Shown in pieces: positions 12,185-27,700 of a stretch of DNA of 64,000 nt. Position numbers and translations under genes: made by a program. The notes below the pieces were generated by a model. That model saw nothing but the letters and a program-made list of their open reading frames with translations. It was not told the DNA's origin and searched no databases. The DNA is from Microthyrium microscopicum (Eukaryota). The stretch spans positions 158,627 to 222,626 of the forward strand of contig MU004230.1 in the NCBI GenBank assembly GCA_010405405.1. Direction: 5' to 3'. How positions within the stretch are numbered: the first letter of the stretch is position 1; each line of letters starts with the position of its first letter.

Positions 12185-15100
12185 TATAAGGAATCCTTAT
12201 AGGTTTAGTGTTTAGTATTAGATTTAGAGATCTAATCCTACAAATAAGATCTCTTTATCTCGTTTAGGGTTAGTATATCTAAGGATCCCCTAGGCCCTAT
12301 ATCTTTACATCTATAGCTCTATCTCTAAATCTCTTCTCTTTATACGTAGATCCTATAATATTAGCTATATTCTGCTTACCTAATTATGCTTAATAGCTCC
12401 TTATATAATCTACGTACCTCTATATTAAAAAATAACTCTATATGTTTATTACGTATTGCTAAATTGTTACTAGCTAAAGTCGTGCTTAAATCTACTAAAT
12501 AATAATAATATATTAGTAGTATTACCCTTAGTTAGGATTAGCGCTATTTAGATCCTTATAGAAGGTACTAGTAAAGCTATAAATACCTAATTAAACGAAC
12601 GCCTTTTTAGCGTTATTTACTAAAATAAAGAGCATAAAGTAGTTAAAGCGTTTTACCCTACTATATTCTTTTACTAACGATCTATAGAGGCGTTTCTACA
12701 TCCTCTCTACTTACTATCTACTTATATATACCCTATTCCTTATCTAAAAATATTTATTATTCTATTATCTTAGTTCTAATAATAATAGAAATAATATTAC
12801 TATAGATTCCTAGAATAAATAGCGCGTTAATTATAGTATGCTACCTTATTTTCTCTATCTTAAACGTAAGCGTTTATAATCTTATTTACTAGAACGCTCT
12901 CTACCTTCCTATAACTTATATAGACGCTTTTTAAAGGCTACGTTAGTTGCATTAGATATAGAAGCTAATTAGATATTAACCTTATAGTTAATCCTTTAAT
13001 ATAAACTACTTAATATCTAAAATTCTATTAAACTTTTTCTAATACTTAAAAAAAATAAAGGAATCTCTAATAATAAAAATACTAAATTTCTACATTAGAA
13101 CGCTATAGATATTTATAAAGTAGAAAAAGCTTTTAGAGTAGTACTTATTATAGCGTTAATAAAAGAGCTAGGATTAGAGAAGGAGGTATTAACTTTTAGT
13201 ACTATCTAGATTACTAGCCCTTTCGTAATAAAGGTAATTAAAGAAAAAGAACGTATAGTAAAAGTATTAGATAATAGTAAAGTACGTTTTTTAAAAAATA
13301 TATAACTCTAATTAGATTTACTACTTAGTTAACCTAACTCTTTAAATATTCCTTTAAGATTCCTTTTCTATTTGCTTATTATATCTATAGACCTAAACTA
13401 CTAGGTTACTCTATTAGTAGTAGATAAGCCTTTATTTATATAGGCCTTATACGAAATTAGACTAAAATAAAGAAAATAAGTATTAGTAATTTGCTAAGAC
13501 GAAGTAGACTTATTAAACTTAGTATAGAATTAATACTTTACTATTAAAGGAAGAGATTTTTTATATTATTATATTAAATCTAGCTACCTTAAAGATTTCT
13601 TTAAATAACTTTATACTATACTAGTAATATTATAGACTATAGCTCTTTACTATTAGTCTTTAAGATTAGTATAAAATATTATTATAAAAAACCTCTTAGA
13701 ATTAAACTTTAATATAGCTTATCTTAAGAAGTTATTTAAAACCTTATAAGATAAAGCTATAGATTAGTAACGTTTAATAAAGAATATTTAAGCCTATATT
13801 AACTAATTATAACGTAACTATACTATTAAATTAAATATAATACGCTAGTTAGAATAATAGGCTATTATAAAGCTAAAGACTAAATAAGCTACTAACTTTT
13901 AATACTAAGAATTAGTTAGCTTACTATATACTAAGGTTACTAAACTAGAAGGATAGCTATAAGTAGTATTAGTTATAGTATTATTCCCCTATATTAATTA
14001 TAAAGATTTAGAAAATAATACTATTCTAAGTCGTTATATATTAAACTCTATACGTCTTATAGTATTAAGTAATATCTAACTTATAGAAATATAATATCTA
14101 ACCCTATTATTAACTACTATAAGTATAGTAGGTAGTTACTCTTATTTTAAGAAACTTAGTAACTTTACTAGAATTAATATAACTAAGTATAAAATATAGA
14201 AGGAAAAAATACTTAACGTCTTATTTAACGATAAGGCGTATTTATACGTCCTAATAGAGAAGAAAAAGATTAAGTTTATTTACTAATGCCTTACTAGTAC
14301 TACCTATAACCTTACTATTATTTAAGAAGATAAAGAATTAAAGAACTTATATAAGTATATAAATAAGATATAGGCTAATCTAAATAGCTACTTCTATTCT
14401 AAAAATAGTTTTAAAGACGCTAAAGCTTAGTTAAAATTACCTAAGGCGAAAATAAAGGATTCTAAGACTCTTTAAGAGTTTTTAGGATAATTTAAAGCTA
14501 ACTCTATAGATATAGAACTTAATAAATATAAAAAGATTATTAAACTTAAAGACCTTATTTTAAAGAAGTTTATAAACCTATTAGTAGCTTATAATATTAA
14601 AGACTTTACTACTTTCTATACCTAACTCTATAACGTTAGTCATTATATTAACTATAAACTAAATATTAATATAAATTTAAATAATAGTAACTTATATTAG
14701 AATAACTTATATTAAGTAAATAATTAGTCTTCTAATTAAGGAAATAATACTAATACTAAAAATAATAATATTTCTTAACTCTTAGATATATTCTAAGTAC
14801 TAAAGGCTAAGAAACGTTATATTTATTATAATAAAAAAAGACATCGTATTAATACTAAGAACCTACCTTGTAAGAGTTAAGAGCTATTATTTAATTAGAA
14901 GATTAAAGCTAAAGTTATTTAACTAGCTATAGTATTTATATACGTATATTAAGGTTAATAGCCTTCTATTAAGGAAGCTTAAGATAAAAATAACTACTAT
15001 TTATTAAACTAGATACTCTTTTATTAAGCTATAAGGAGAAGCTAAATAAGAATAAAGCATAAAATAAATAAAAGAAACGTTAGGATAACTAACCTAATGC

Positions 15101-18100
15101 CTAACTACTTAATATTAAAACTAATAAGCAAAAAGCTAAGAAGACCTTTTATAAGAATAAGGAGGTCGTTATTAGATATCTATATTATTATATTAAGCGC
15201 CTTAAATATAAAGAAGTAGTCTATAAAGGACGTATTATACTAGTATACTCTTAAGCTATCTATATATTACTAGCTTTTATTATACTTATAATATAGCTAA
15301 AGAATATTAAAAAGAAAGACCTTATTATTAAATCCTAATAAACTATAGTAAAGTAAGTTTATATTCTACGTAGTAAAGTATATTCTAATATAAGTATTCT
15401 AATTAATATAAGTAGTAGCACTATAAGTATTATTAATCTTTACTACCTAAGATAATATAGTATACTAATATTTAACTTAACTTAACCTTAAATTATTAAG
15501 CTTATTAATAGTAAGTCTATTTCTATAGTTAATAAGGCTACTTTTATTAATATCTATATTAGCTACTATATTAAATAGCTTAGTTATTTCGTTATAAAGG
15601 TTACCTTATACGACCTTATATTAGGAGCACCTTAGATAGACTAATATAAAGTTAATCTCTATAAGGAATTAAGAACCTTAACCTTTAGTAGTATATAATA
15701 TATTACTAATTATATTATATTACGTTATTTAATATTAGTAAATCTAAAAGGACGTATAATTAATCTTCTTCTTCTTAATAATATAGATATTACGTTCGTA
15801 TTAGCTATAGTATTTAAGAAGCTTTTAAAGCGTAAAGACGCTATTATTAACGCCTTTTAGCTAGAAGATTTTAAAAAGATAAAAGACGATAAAATAATAG
15901 ATAAAGATAATAATAATAGAGAAGTAATAAATTTCTTTACTTATACTATTTATAAAGAGAATTATATTAAATAGTAAGATAAGCAGGATAGCCTATATAT
16001 ATTATAAGAAGAAATACTAAAGCTTATTCTAGAAGAGTTCTAACGATACTTTAAGGTCTTTAACCTAAAATAAGCTAATACTCTTATACTATATTAAGAT
16101 AAATTTAATTACGCTATTAATCTTATCCTAGATATAAAAATACTAAAACGTTATCCTATCTTAATATCTTTAAAGTAGGTATTAGTAGTAAAGTAGTATA
16201 TAAAGTAATTATTAGTACGTAGGTTTATAAGGCCTTCTAAATCTTAATATACTATACTAATACTTTGCGTTAATAAGCTAGGTAATAGTATTAGAGTCTA
16301 TATTAATTATTATAGACTTAATAAAATTACTATTAAGAATAGTAATATTCTTCCTTTTATTAACGAAATACTTATATATTTAATATATATAAAGTTCTAC
16401 TTAAAATTTAATATTATTATAATGTTTAAATAGATTTAGATTAAACTTAGAAATAAATATAAAATAGCCTTTCTTACTTAATATAGCCTTTTTAAATTTA
16501 ACGTTCTCTTCTTTAGTCTTATAAGGGAACTAGGAATATTTTAATCTTATATTAACTACGTATTAATATAATTTCTTAATGATTTTATTACTATTTACCT
16601 TAACAATATCTTAGTCTTTAATAAGACGTTAGAGAAATATAATATATATATTTATTTTATCTTAGATATATTAGAATATATAGGTTTATTCTTAGATATT
16701 AAGAAGTCTAAATTCTATATTTAGAAAGTTAAATACCTTAGTCTAATTATTATTACTAAGGGTATTAAAATAAATCTTGCTAAAGTTTAGGCGGTACTAG
16801 AATAGGAACGACTAGCGTGCTTAAAAGATATTTAGACGTTCCTTAGATTTGCTAACTTTTATTATTACTTTATATTTAGCTATTTAGCTATAGTAGCGCT
16901 ATTAACTAATCTTATAAAAAAAGACGCTATTATAGTCTTTCTATAGGATCTAGAGAAGCTAAAGGAGAGAGCGTTTAAAGCTCTTAAAGAAGCTTTTACT
17001 TCTACTCCTATCCTTATTTACTTTAACTATAATAAAGAAACTTAAGTAGAAATAGATACTTTAGATTAGGTATACGTAGTAGTATTATTATAAAAGGATG
17101 CTAATAGAGATCTTAAACTTATCGCGTTCCTATCTAAGAAGATAATACTTATAAAATATAATTATAATATCTATAATAAGGAGCTATTAGCTATTATCTA
17201 AGCTTTTAAAGAATAGAAACTTAAACTCTTTAGTATAGAAGACGTTATTAAGATCTTCTTAGATTATTAAAACTTCTAGATATTTATAAAAATAAAGAAG
17301 CTTACTTACTATTAAATATAATAGGCTAAATTCTTATTATAATTCTACTTCTTTATTAAATATTGCCTAGGAATAGCTAATAGTAAAGCTAATACTCTTA
17401 TAAAACGTTCCTAAGATCTTCCTTAAAGTAATAATAATCTATAGATTACTTAATAGTATTAACTACTTCTATTTCCCTACTAGTTTAGTATAAAGAAGGT
17501 AGTTAAGCTTACTATAATTCTTATTAACCCTATTACCTTATCTCTTTTATAAGTAGCTATAATTATAGTAGATAAGTTAAATATTACTATAATAGAGAAA
17601 TTATATTTAGAACCTATTATAGAGAGCCTTTAGAATAAGGCTTTAACTAGTTTAGATAATTCTCTACTAGTTAATAAGAAATCTCTAGATTTTGCTCTAG
17701 AATAATTCTTAAAAGAGGTAATAAAAGTAAGTAAGATTAATAAGCTATTAATTATAATTTAACTAGCTAAAGTATAAAAAGACTACTTTCTACCTTTTAA
17801 TATCCTTAACTAAGAGTATATTAAGTTAATAAATTATAAAGCTATACTAAATAGTATAGTACTCTACTAGTAAAAACTCTTTATTTTTACTACTTACTTA
17901 CGCTATAAAGCTATAAAGTAGGCTTATTAATATAAGGTAATAAAATATAAAGGAGTTATAATAATATACTATTATTTATAGTAAGACTATTAGTAGCTAT
18001 ATATATTAGAGTTAGTAAAGACTTTTATTAAGGGCTATTATTATATCTTTACTAAACCTATATATTAAAAGAAGTAAAGCTTATTAAGATCCTTTTTACT

Positions 18101-19840
18101 ATTAGAGTATACTTAGTTAGATATCTCTATTAACTTTATTATCTCCTTACTAAGATGTACTTACTAAGGAATTATCTATTACTATATTATAGTTATAGTT
18201 AATCGCTTTATATAGTCTTAGAGATTTATTACTCTTCTTAATCTATTAGTTAAAATAATAGTTATAGTATTTATTAACTACGTCTAGAAGCTTTATAGTT
18301 AGCTAGATTCTATCTTATTAGATAGAGGAACCTAGTTTATATTAGTATTTTAGGGCTACCTTTATAAACGTATTAGCATTACCTTAAGGCTAAGTATAGC
18401 TTAGTATCTTAAGACGAATAGAATTATAGAGATCTTAATTACTATACTTAAATAATACTTGCGCTTATTTATTAACTAAGACTAAGATAATTAGGCCTTA
18501 TTATTACTTTTTACTAAGTTTGTAGTTAACTTAGTAGTAAGCGTTACTATAGGCTTTATACTATTTAAGGCCTAGAATAGCTTTCTTCTAAAATTAGGAT
18601 TAGAATTAGCTTATTATTTACTACCTAAAGCTTTATATAAATCTATAGTAGCTTATAAGGAAGTTGCCTTAGTAAATTATATTTAAGATAGTAGAGAGAA
18701 GTTATACTAATTTCTAAAGAAATAACTAGTATAAGCTTAGTTATAGTAAAAGCTCTACGCTAATAAGTACTAGCGTCTAGTACCTAATCTTTATCTAGGA
18801 GATTAGGTTTATCTTAACGTTTATAACTATAATATAATATACCTTTTAAAAATACTTAATAATAAGAGCGTAGAATCGTTTAAAGTCCTTTATAAGATTA
18901 ATAGTATTACTTATAAGTTAGATCTACCTAAGTTAATAAAAATATATCTAGTATTTTATACTTAGCTATTGTACTTTATTAACGATAAGGCTAAGCTTCT
19001 TAAGGAAGTTAATCCTCTACTAGCTACTATTAGCAAAATTAAAGGTGAAGAAGAATAGCTTATAGGCGCTATTATTAATAGTAAATAGGAAGGCTATAGT
19101 AAAGGCAAAGTCCTTAAATATAGAATTAAATAGAATAGTTATTATAATAAGAGTTAGTAACTATAGTAGAATATACTTAACGTACCTAATACTATTTTAG
19201 AATTTTATTACCTATATCTTAATAAACTAAGTCTATATCTCTTATAAAAGCTACTAAAGCTTAACTAAGAAGAAGATTATAATATTAATAGTCTACCTAC
19301 AGATTAGGATTTTACTATATAAAAGCACTTTGTTTTTATAGTTTTATACTCCTTGTTTTAGGTTTAATTTAATAATACTACTATTAAAATTATTAAATAT
19401 TATAGACTAGCTTAAATAGATATCTTTACCTTTATTAATAAGTTTAGATAATTACTAGGGTTAGTAAATAACGTATTATAGTTTCTCTTAGTAGTAATAT
19501 ATATAAAGGAGTTTAGCATTTATATAGACTAGATTAGACTAGACTAGACTAGCCTAGCCTAGCCTAGAATAGAATAGATTAGAATAGCCTAAGAGGTTTA
19601 TTTTAGAAGAGGGGAGTTATATAAGGAATCCTTATAGGTTTAGTATTTAGTATTAGATCTAGAGATCTAATCCTATAGATAAGATCTCTTTATCCCGTTT
19701 AGGGTTAGTATATCTAAGGATCCCTTAGGCCCTATATCTTTGTATCTATAGCTCTATCTCTAGATCTCCTCTCTCTATACGTAGATCCTATAATATTAGC
19801 TACATTCTGCTCGCCTAATCGTGCCCAATAGCTCCTTATA
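12185..19840 (+). mobile_element. Ty3/gypsy chromovirus LTR retrotransposon A (RIP-degenerate), inserted in the MULE transposase
   Basis: 221-bp LTRs 12185-12405 and 19620-19840; TSD TATAG; PPT AGAAGAGGGGAG before the 3' LTR. RIP-reverted RT (RVCIDYR.LN.IT.KN, about 16290-16340), RNase H (NYDIYDKELLAI, about 17160), integrase (W.DISIDFI, about 18115) and chromodomain-like segment (about 19050-19230) in gypsy order. Confidence 0.93.
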
Positions 19841-22800
19841 TATAGTAAAGTAAATTAAGGTATTTTATATATATCCTAATATCTTACTCTTAAACTATAC
19901 TTACTATATAAATTACTATAATATACCTTTACTTTACTTTACTAGTAAGATACTAATAAATTTCTACTTCTTTATAGGATTTATCTTTATAATAAGAGAG
20001 GATAAGCATTAATATTATTAAATACTTTAGGTATTTAATTATCGTATTTAATTTAGTAGTTTAAAATTACTAAATACTATACTTACTAATAAATCTATAG
20101 CTCTAAAGAACGTAGTTAGTAAGAAATTTCCTAATATTTAATAAATTCTTTACTTATAGTATATTAATAAGGCTATAGAATATTAAATTATCTTAGTCTT
20201 TAATATAGTAAATATACGTTTAAGATTAGAAGCATTTAATTAGGTTTAAGCATAGTAAACGCTTATAATATTAATATAGAAGAATATAAGTAATTTTATA
20301 TACTTTTATCTATTTATTAATACTAATCCTTTTATAAGTTATTAATACTACTACTATCGCTAAGTATAATCTACTTTAGTCTAACTTTACTATAGAGTTT
20401 AGTAATAAGCCTAAATTCTTCTTTTATCTTTATAATACTTAGCTTAATTATAAAGAGAACTTCTATAAAGCTTATATTTAATAAGTTTAGTATTTTAGTA
20501 TTACTATATAATTACTATTAAAAACCTTTTATAACTTTATTAAACTCTAGCTTAGTTCTTTAAAGCTAGATCTTAATATTATAATTAAAGTTTATAAAAG
20601 CGCTACCTATACCTCTCTTAATTATATCTCTAAAAGAATAGGTTTAGATTTTATTTAAGTATAATTATAATACTTTTCTTCTCTAATTCCTATACTACTA
20701 CTACTATTTTATAAAGCAATCTTAAATTATACTATTATAAAGATTACTAAGTAGTTTTATAAATCTTAAAATAAAGGCTAGTAATTACTATATAGGCTTC
20801 TTTAAAGCTATTTATAGATTACTCTATTCTTATACTATTTAAGTATAATACGTATTTATACTTAAATAAACTCTAGATAGAACTAACGTTACTTTATATT
20901 AGTACTATAAACGACCTCTTAATTCTAGCTTTAATAAAGCTTAGCTAATTATTAGCTTCCTACCTTCTACTATAGCTTTAGCTAAACCTAAGATTTATTC
21001 TTCTATTTCTATACGAGCTAGTAAACGTCCTTAAGTTAATATAAATATTACTTTAATACATTAAAATCTATTATATTAGGAACTTCCTCGTTCTTTAGTA
21101 GCTTTATTAGCTTTAATAGCTTTAATATCTTTAATAGTACTTCTAAAGCGTAAACGTAAACGTTCTTATAAGATTATAACTTTAGTAGCGTTAAATAATA
21201 GTAATTTAGCTATAATAACTTTATTAGCGCTTATAATAATTAAGAAGGACAATAGTAAGGATTTTAAGGATATTAATACAATTCTTAAAGCTCTACTAAA
21301 TCCTATTTAGACTATTAATTTAGCTAAAGATACTATTAGGGACCTATAGGCGTAAGGGTATAAGCTAATAGTAGATATAATTTAAGAAAACTAATACGAA
21401 GAATCTAAGAGAGAGAGTAAGGAATAGTTATAGGTAAGCTATACTAAATAATCTTTAGGCGCTAAGCCCTTAGTATTACATAATAGGGGATGCTAATAAT
21501 ATTATAATAGGATTAATAATAGTAGATTTATAATAATACTTCTCCTTTTAAGATTAGCGCTCTTAAGCTAAAAACTTATAAAAGAATAAGATCTATAATT
21601 AAGTTATATAGTCTTATAATTTTAATACTTTTTAGGGTATAAAATATAAAATATAAAAGTAATAAAAGTAAAGATAATAACCTTTCTTTATATATAATTG
21701 CTATATATACTTATTTCTTATACTACTCTTTAGCTTACTAAAGTAACTATTAAGAGGTATTAATAAACCTTAAGATATCTTTAGAATACTTTAGTTTATA
21801 GACTAAGTATTAAGGTACGCATAGTAGTATCCTTTTACTATTCTAAGAGAATTTTATCTAAATTATATTTTTCTTTTTTCTTCTTTTAAGGGTCTATAAA
21901 TATAGGGTATAGTCTAGGTTTATTAGGGTTCTAGTTATAATATTTAGCAACTAGCTCTAAGTAAAAGTTAAGATTTAACTATAGTTACTAGTTAGAGTTA
22001 TAGTTCTAGTTATCTTATCTTATAAACTAAACTTTATATTATAAAACTTTCTTTTTACTAAAACCCTTTATAATGCTTATCTTATTATTAATAATATAGT
22101 TAACTACCTATTCTTATTTTATATTATTATCTATATTTATAATTAAGAAAAGGTTATTAGGTTCTTAGATCATTATAGTATATTTAGGAATAGAGTAGAG
22201 TAGCTAAGCGTAGAAAACTAAGTAAATCTTTATCTTCTCTAGTAATTCTAACTTATAAGTAAGAATATTAATCTTTTTAATAATTTTAAAAGGTCTAGTA
22301 GATTTATTATTAAGAGACTTTAATAGTTAGAGAGATTTATAATAGTAAGTATTAAGTTATACCTAATTACTTAGTTTAAGGTTTAGTGCTAGTTAATAAG
22401 TCTTATTAGCTTACTTTTCTATAAAGGTAGTAGACTATAAGATCTATTTATAGAAGTATTTATAAAGATTAGTATAAATATAGAAATACTAGTTAGTAAG
22501 TTATTACTTAGTTTAGATTAGCTTAGTTCCTAAGAAGGCTTTTAGAAGTATTAGTTCTAATCTTAATTAAGGAAGATAACTATTAAGTATATAGAAAGGA
22601 CTTATTTTAGTAGAAATATAGATAGCGTAGTTAGCTTTAAATTTAGTAAATAGTAGTAGTCTTACTTAGTTATTTTATTACTAGTTAATAAAGTACTTAA
22701 GGTAAGCTTTTAGTACTATAACTAATATTTCTATAATATTGTTACCTTATAGGTATTAAGCAGTAGTTAAGTAAATAATAATACTAATATGCTTATAGAA

Positions 22801-24763
22801 ATATTACTAAAATATAGATATAAATTATAAACTATAATTAGAAAGGATAGAGTTAAGCTATCTTATATACTTCTATATTTAGTTAAGGAACGTAAGGACT
22901 ATTATCTATACGCTTAAGTTAGGAAGAAGAATAAATTATTAAGTATATATTAGCTTATCTATAATAATTATAATATAGTAGTAGATAGTTTTAAGATAAA
23001 TATAGGGTAGTAAGATAACTATAAAGTTAATAAAAATATTAAACTAAGTATAGTTAGGTAGTAAAAATAAGTAGAGAAGACCTTACTTCTTTTACTTAAC
23101 TAGTTTAGAGAACGCGTACTTATATACTTTAATATAGTGCTTTATATCCTTAGCTATATAAAGTTAGAAATAAAATTAGTAAAGACGTTAGTATGTAGAA
23201 GCTATACTATTATAATTTATAACCTTATAATTATATATATATATAATAGCATAGTATTAGAGATATTCTATAGAGAGAATAAGGAGTTATTATCTATATT
23301 AAATAGTATTATTAGTAAGTACTTAGTAGTTTCTAAGTTTAATTAAATTCTTCTCTAAAGTACTATATAGTAAGTAATATAATTATACTACCTTAGAGTT
23401 ATAGATTGCTTAGATAAGCTTATCTAATTAGCTAGCCTTAATAATATTTTTCTATAATATCTTTAAGTTAGCTAGCGTGCTATCTATCTTAGAGTAATTA
23501 ATTAGCTTACTTAGGATTAGGGTAGAATTCCTTATAGTTAGTTAATTAATTAGCTTACTTTCTATAGTTAGTATATTAACTTTATTAGTAATAATTATAG
23601 TAAGTTTAATTATTATAGGTTATTTACTATTAATAAGGAGAATAGTAATTTTAATAGTATATTAAGTATTATAAAAGTAAGATATTTCGTAGTAGGTATT
23701 AAAGTTATAAGAAGAAAGAATTAGTTATATTTATTAAGTAATCTATAGATTATTATTAAATTTTAGAAGATTTTATAATCTCTAAGTTAGTATATCTACT
23801 TTTATATTAGAGAGACTATTATAATATTTAATCTTAAACTAGAATTAGAAAAAGAACTCTACTTATTAAGCTTAATAGTAGGATAGCTTTTTAGTTAATA
23901 TAAAAATATATAAGTTAAGATAGTTAATAAAAATTTATATAAGGTTAAAGGTTAAAAATAATTTAGGTTTTTATTCCTTAAATACTTATATAATTATAAG
24001 TAGCTCTTTATTATAGATATTATAATTATATTTCGCTAAGGTTATCTTTTTAGAAAGGAAAACTACTAAATGAAGCTTGCTATCTATACCTTTTTAAGAG
24101 AAGATAGCTACTACTACCTAGTTTAAAGTATTAGTTTTAACCTAAGTCTTAGCGTTAGGATTAAAGTAATAAAGAATTAGGGTAGTAGTAAAGGCCTTCT
24201 TTAAGGCATTAAATACTTATTTTTTAGGTCTAGTCTTACTCTATAAAAAGTATAAGGAAGCGTCCTTTTTAGTTAGTATAGTAAGTAGTATAATAATTTT
24301 TAAGTATTTTTTAATAAAATAGTAATAAAAGTTTATAAAACTAAGGAATATTTAGATGTCTTTTAGGGAGATAGAGTAGTACTAGTTAAGTATAGCATTA
24401 ACCTTCTTCTTATTTATTTAGATTCTATTAGGTATAATAATAATACTAAGATATTTAACTAATTAGGTTATAAACTTAGATTTAGAAATATTAAGGTAGA
24501 GTCTAGCTTTTTTAAGCTTATTAAGGATTAGATAAACGTAAATAATATACTCCTCTTTAGTCTTACTCTAAATAAGGACGTTATTAAGATAAATTATAAT
24601 AAAGTTATTAAGGTATTTATATATAGCGCTATTAATATAGGATTAAAAGCTTCTTAGTAATTCTATTATACTAAATAGTATTACTAAGGTTTTAAAGAGT
24701 TTATATTACATTAAGAATATAGTCTTATATTTATCTTCTTTATAAATTTAAATATTATTAAAG

Positions 24764-27700
24764 TGTAATAATTCCTCTTTATAGGCTTTATAGCGGTGTT
24801 GTAAGAGAGATCTTATTGTAAGATTACGTACTAGACCTAGGGGGGTTAGTACGCCTAAGGATCTACTAAGTAGACTTACTTTCCTTATAGATCTATAGCT
24901 CTTTTAGATCTTCTTCTCTCTCTCTTCTATTTATAGATTCTAGAATATAATCTAATTATCTACTTGCTTTAAGTTCTATAGCTCGTTATATAATCTATAA
25001 ATTATTTAACTATCTATGTGCTTATACTACGCACTCTAGAATTTACTTCTAAAGAAGCGCCTATATAGATTAATATTCTATATACGTAGTCTTAGACTCT
25101 ATTAAAGATCCTTTATAGATTTACTAAATTTATTAGCCCTATTAACCTCTTATCTAATTAGAGTATTAGGATTCCTTAATACTCTTTAACCTATTAATAG
25201 TCTAAGTGTTAATTGCTTCTTATCCTTAGTTCTATAGAATACTAAAGTTTATCTTCTATACTACTACTAAATATTTATAATTATACTTAATATACTTACT
25301 ATTAAAACGTACTAAATAAATAAGTATTCTCTTCTAGTACCCTTCTTTATTATTTATAACTATAGCTAATAAGGCTCTTAACTAATAGACTTAAGTTAAT
25401 AGCTATATAGCCTACTTACTATCCTTAATTACTTATACTTAGCCTAATAATTAGCGCTTATCTCTATCTTTTATATACTTATATTACTTATCTTTATTAC
25501 GTTGCCCTTTTACTATATATGCTAAGTATTAAAGTAGACCTAATACTTAGGATATAGTATAACTAGATACTATTTAGAAAGTAGTAGATTTAGTAGAGAG
25601 TATCTTAAGACTATTAAAACTACTAGAACTAGACTTAAGAGTATTATTAGAAGATAAAGATAAGTTAGAAAATAATTGTCTATTAGAACGAGGCTATAAA
25701 GGCAAAAAGACTAAAGCGTTAGAAGACGCTTCTTAAAATACTAGTTAAATAACTTTACTAAACTAAATAAATATAGGAAATAACTAGCTACTAGCTCTTT
25801 TCTAATCTAATGATAATACTAGACTTTTTCTTAGAATATATAAATAGCTAATAGAACTATGCTAGTAAGCTAAAGGCTCTAGAGTACTATCTATATTAAT
25901 ATTTTACTATTCTATAGTAGTAGACCTTAATTAACTAGTTACTTTGATCGTTAATAAGAATTCTCTAATCTTCTAAGCTACTTAAGTATAAAAGATACTT
26001 AGTAAAGAAAGTAACGAGCTAAAAGACGTAGAAGTATACTTTTATTATAAAGAAAAGTAATTAGACTTTTGCTACTACTCTTACTACTTAATTAAATTAG
26101 GTATAAACTTAGAATGTTTATTAAAAGGAGAGATTATACTAGATAACTTAGTTATATAGCTCTACGCCTTATTATTAGCCTTTTAAACTATAGCCTACCT
26201 CTTTAAAATTAAGTAGAATATAAATGCTTATAATATAGACTTAATCTATACTCTCTAAGAAGAAGCTTTAGAAGCTTAGGGAGAGATATAGAACTTAACT
26301 AAAACTAATAATAAACGCGTAAAGTAGATTACTTATCTTAAAGTATAAATTTAAGATAATATTATTACTTTTAAGGAAGTAGTAACTACTTACTAAAAAG
26401 TATAAGAGTTATAATATAATAATAATTTACTTAAGGAAGTACTTATTATTTGTGTTAATAAGATTAATAAATACTATAAGGCTCTATAGAAGAAAGTAGA
26501 TAAAGTTACTATTCTTTAAGTTTAAGTTAACGCTCTCTAAAAGAAACCTTTAGCTACTAAGGCGACTAATCTCTATCTTAATTATAATAAGTTAGTAGAT
26601 AATAATCTATTTTGCTAGACCTCTCTAGCTTAAGATATAAACTAACCTAACTTAAATATACTTCTAAGGGTACTAAACTTATGTTAAACTATTCTCTTCT
26701 CTAACCTTAACTTAATTAGTAGCGCCTTTCTCCTTAAAGTATAAAGTAATAAGCCTTTACTCTTTTTAGGAAAGGATAAGTAGAAGTACTATGCTTAGAA
26801 AGGTAAAGTACTAGACTACCTTAATAATAATGTATAAGTCTATTTTATAAAAGCCTCTAAGATCTAAGTCGTCTAAGGAGTAATAAAGGATTAAGTGTTT
26901 AGCACTATTAATGAGTAAAGTAACTATGAGTTAACTAACCTATATTTATTTATAGTAGAGATATAGTCTAATCTAGATTATAAGTATAGTATTAAAGATA
27001 GCTATATTACTACTAAGACCTAGCTTAAAAGTTAAGAAGCTATAATAAAGCCTACTAAGAAGCTTAAATAATTCCTAGCTTACTTTTTAAAGAACTTATA
27101 AGAAGCTAAGCTTAATAATTAAGATAAGATTATTAAAATATATTTTCTTCTACTTTTAAAATTTATAAAGAGAGTACTTTTTATAGAATTAAAAATATTT
27201 ATGAATTTCCTTAAGAGTTTATATACTATTGCTTATTATATTAAATACGTTTCTTCTACTAATTTATAAAGCTATAATAATAATAATTATCTAGTAGCTA
27301 AGGGTAGTAAATAAAAACTTAAGTTTAACTACTCTTTAGATATCTATAATGCCTTAAAAGCTAATAACTATTATATAAAGTATAGAGAGAAAGGCTATAA
27401 CTATTAGTATAATTTAGTACTATATAAAGATAGAGATACCTTATTAGACGCTAAAATCTAACTAAAGGTTATAGCTATTATTATAGAGTTTGCTACTATT
27501 TATAATTAAATTGCTACTTAATCTCCTTAGTTCTTAACTATAAAGAATAATTATAATAAGTATAATTATAGTAATGATATAGAAAACTAAAAGCTTCTCT
27601 ATAGAAACGCGTAAAGGAGCTAAATAAGTAAGAAGCGCATAATTAGTAATAAAAGAAGAATAAACCTAACCCTAAGCTAGTTCTTATAGAAGAATAAATC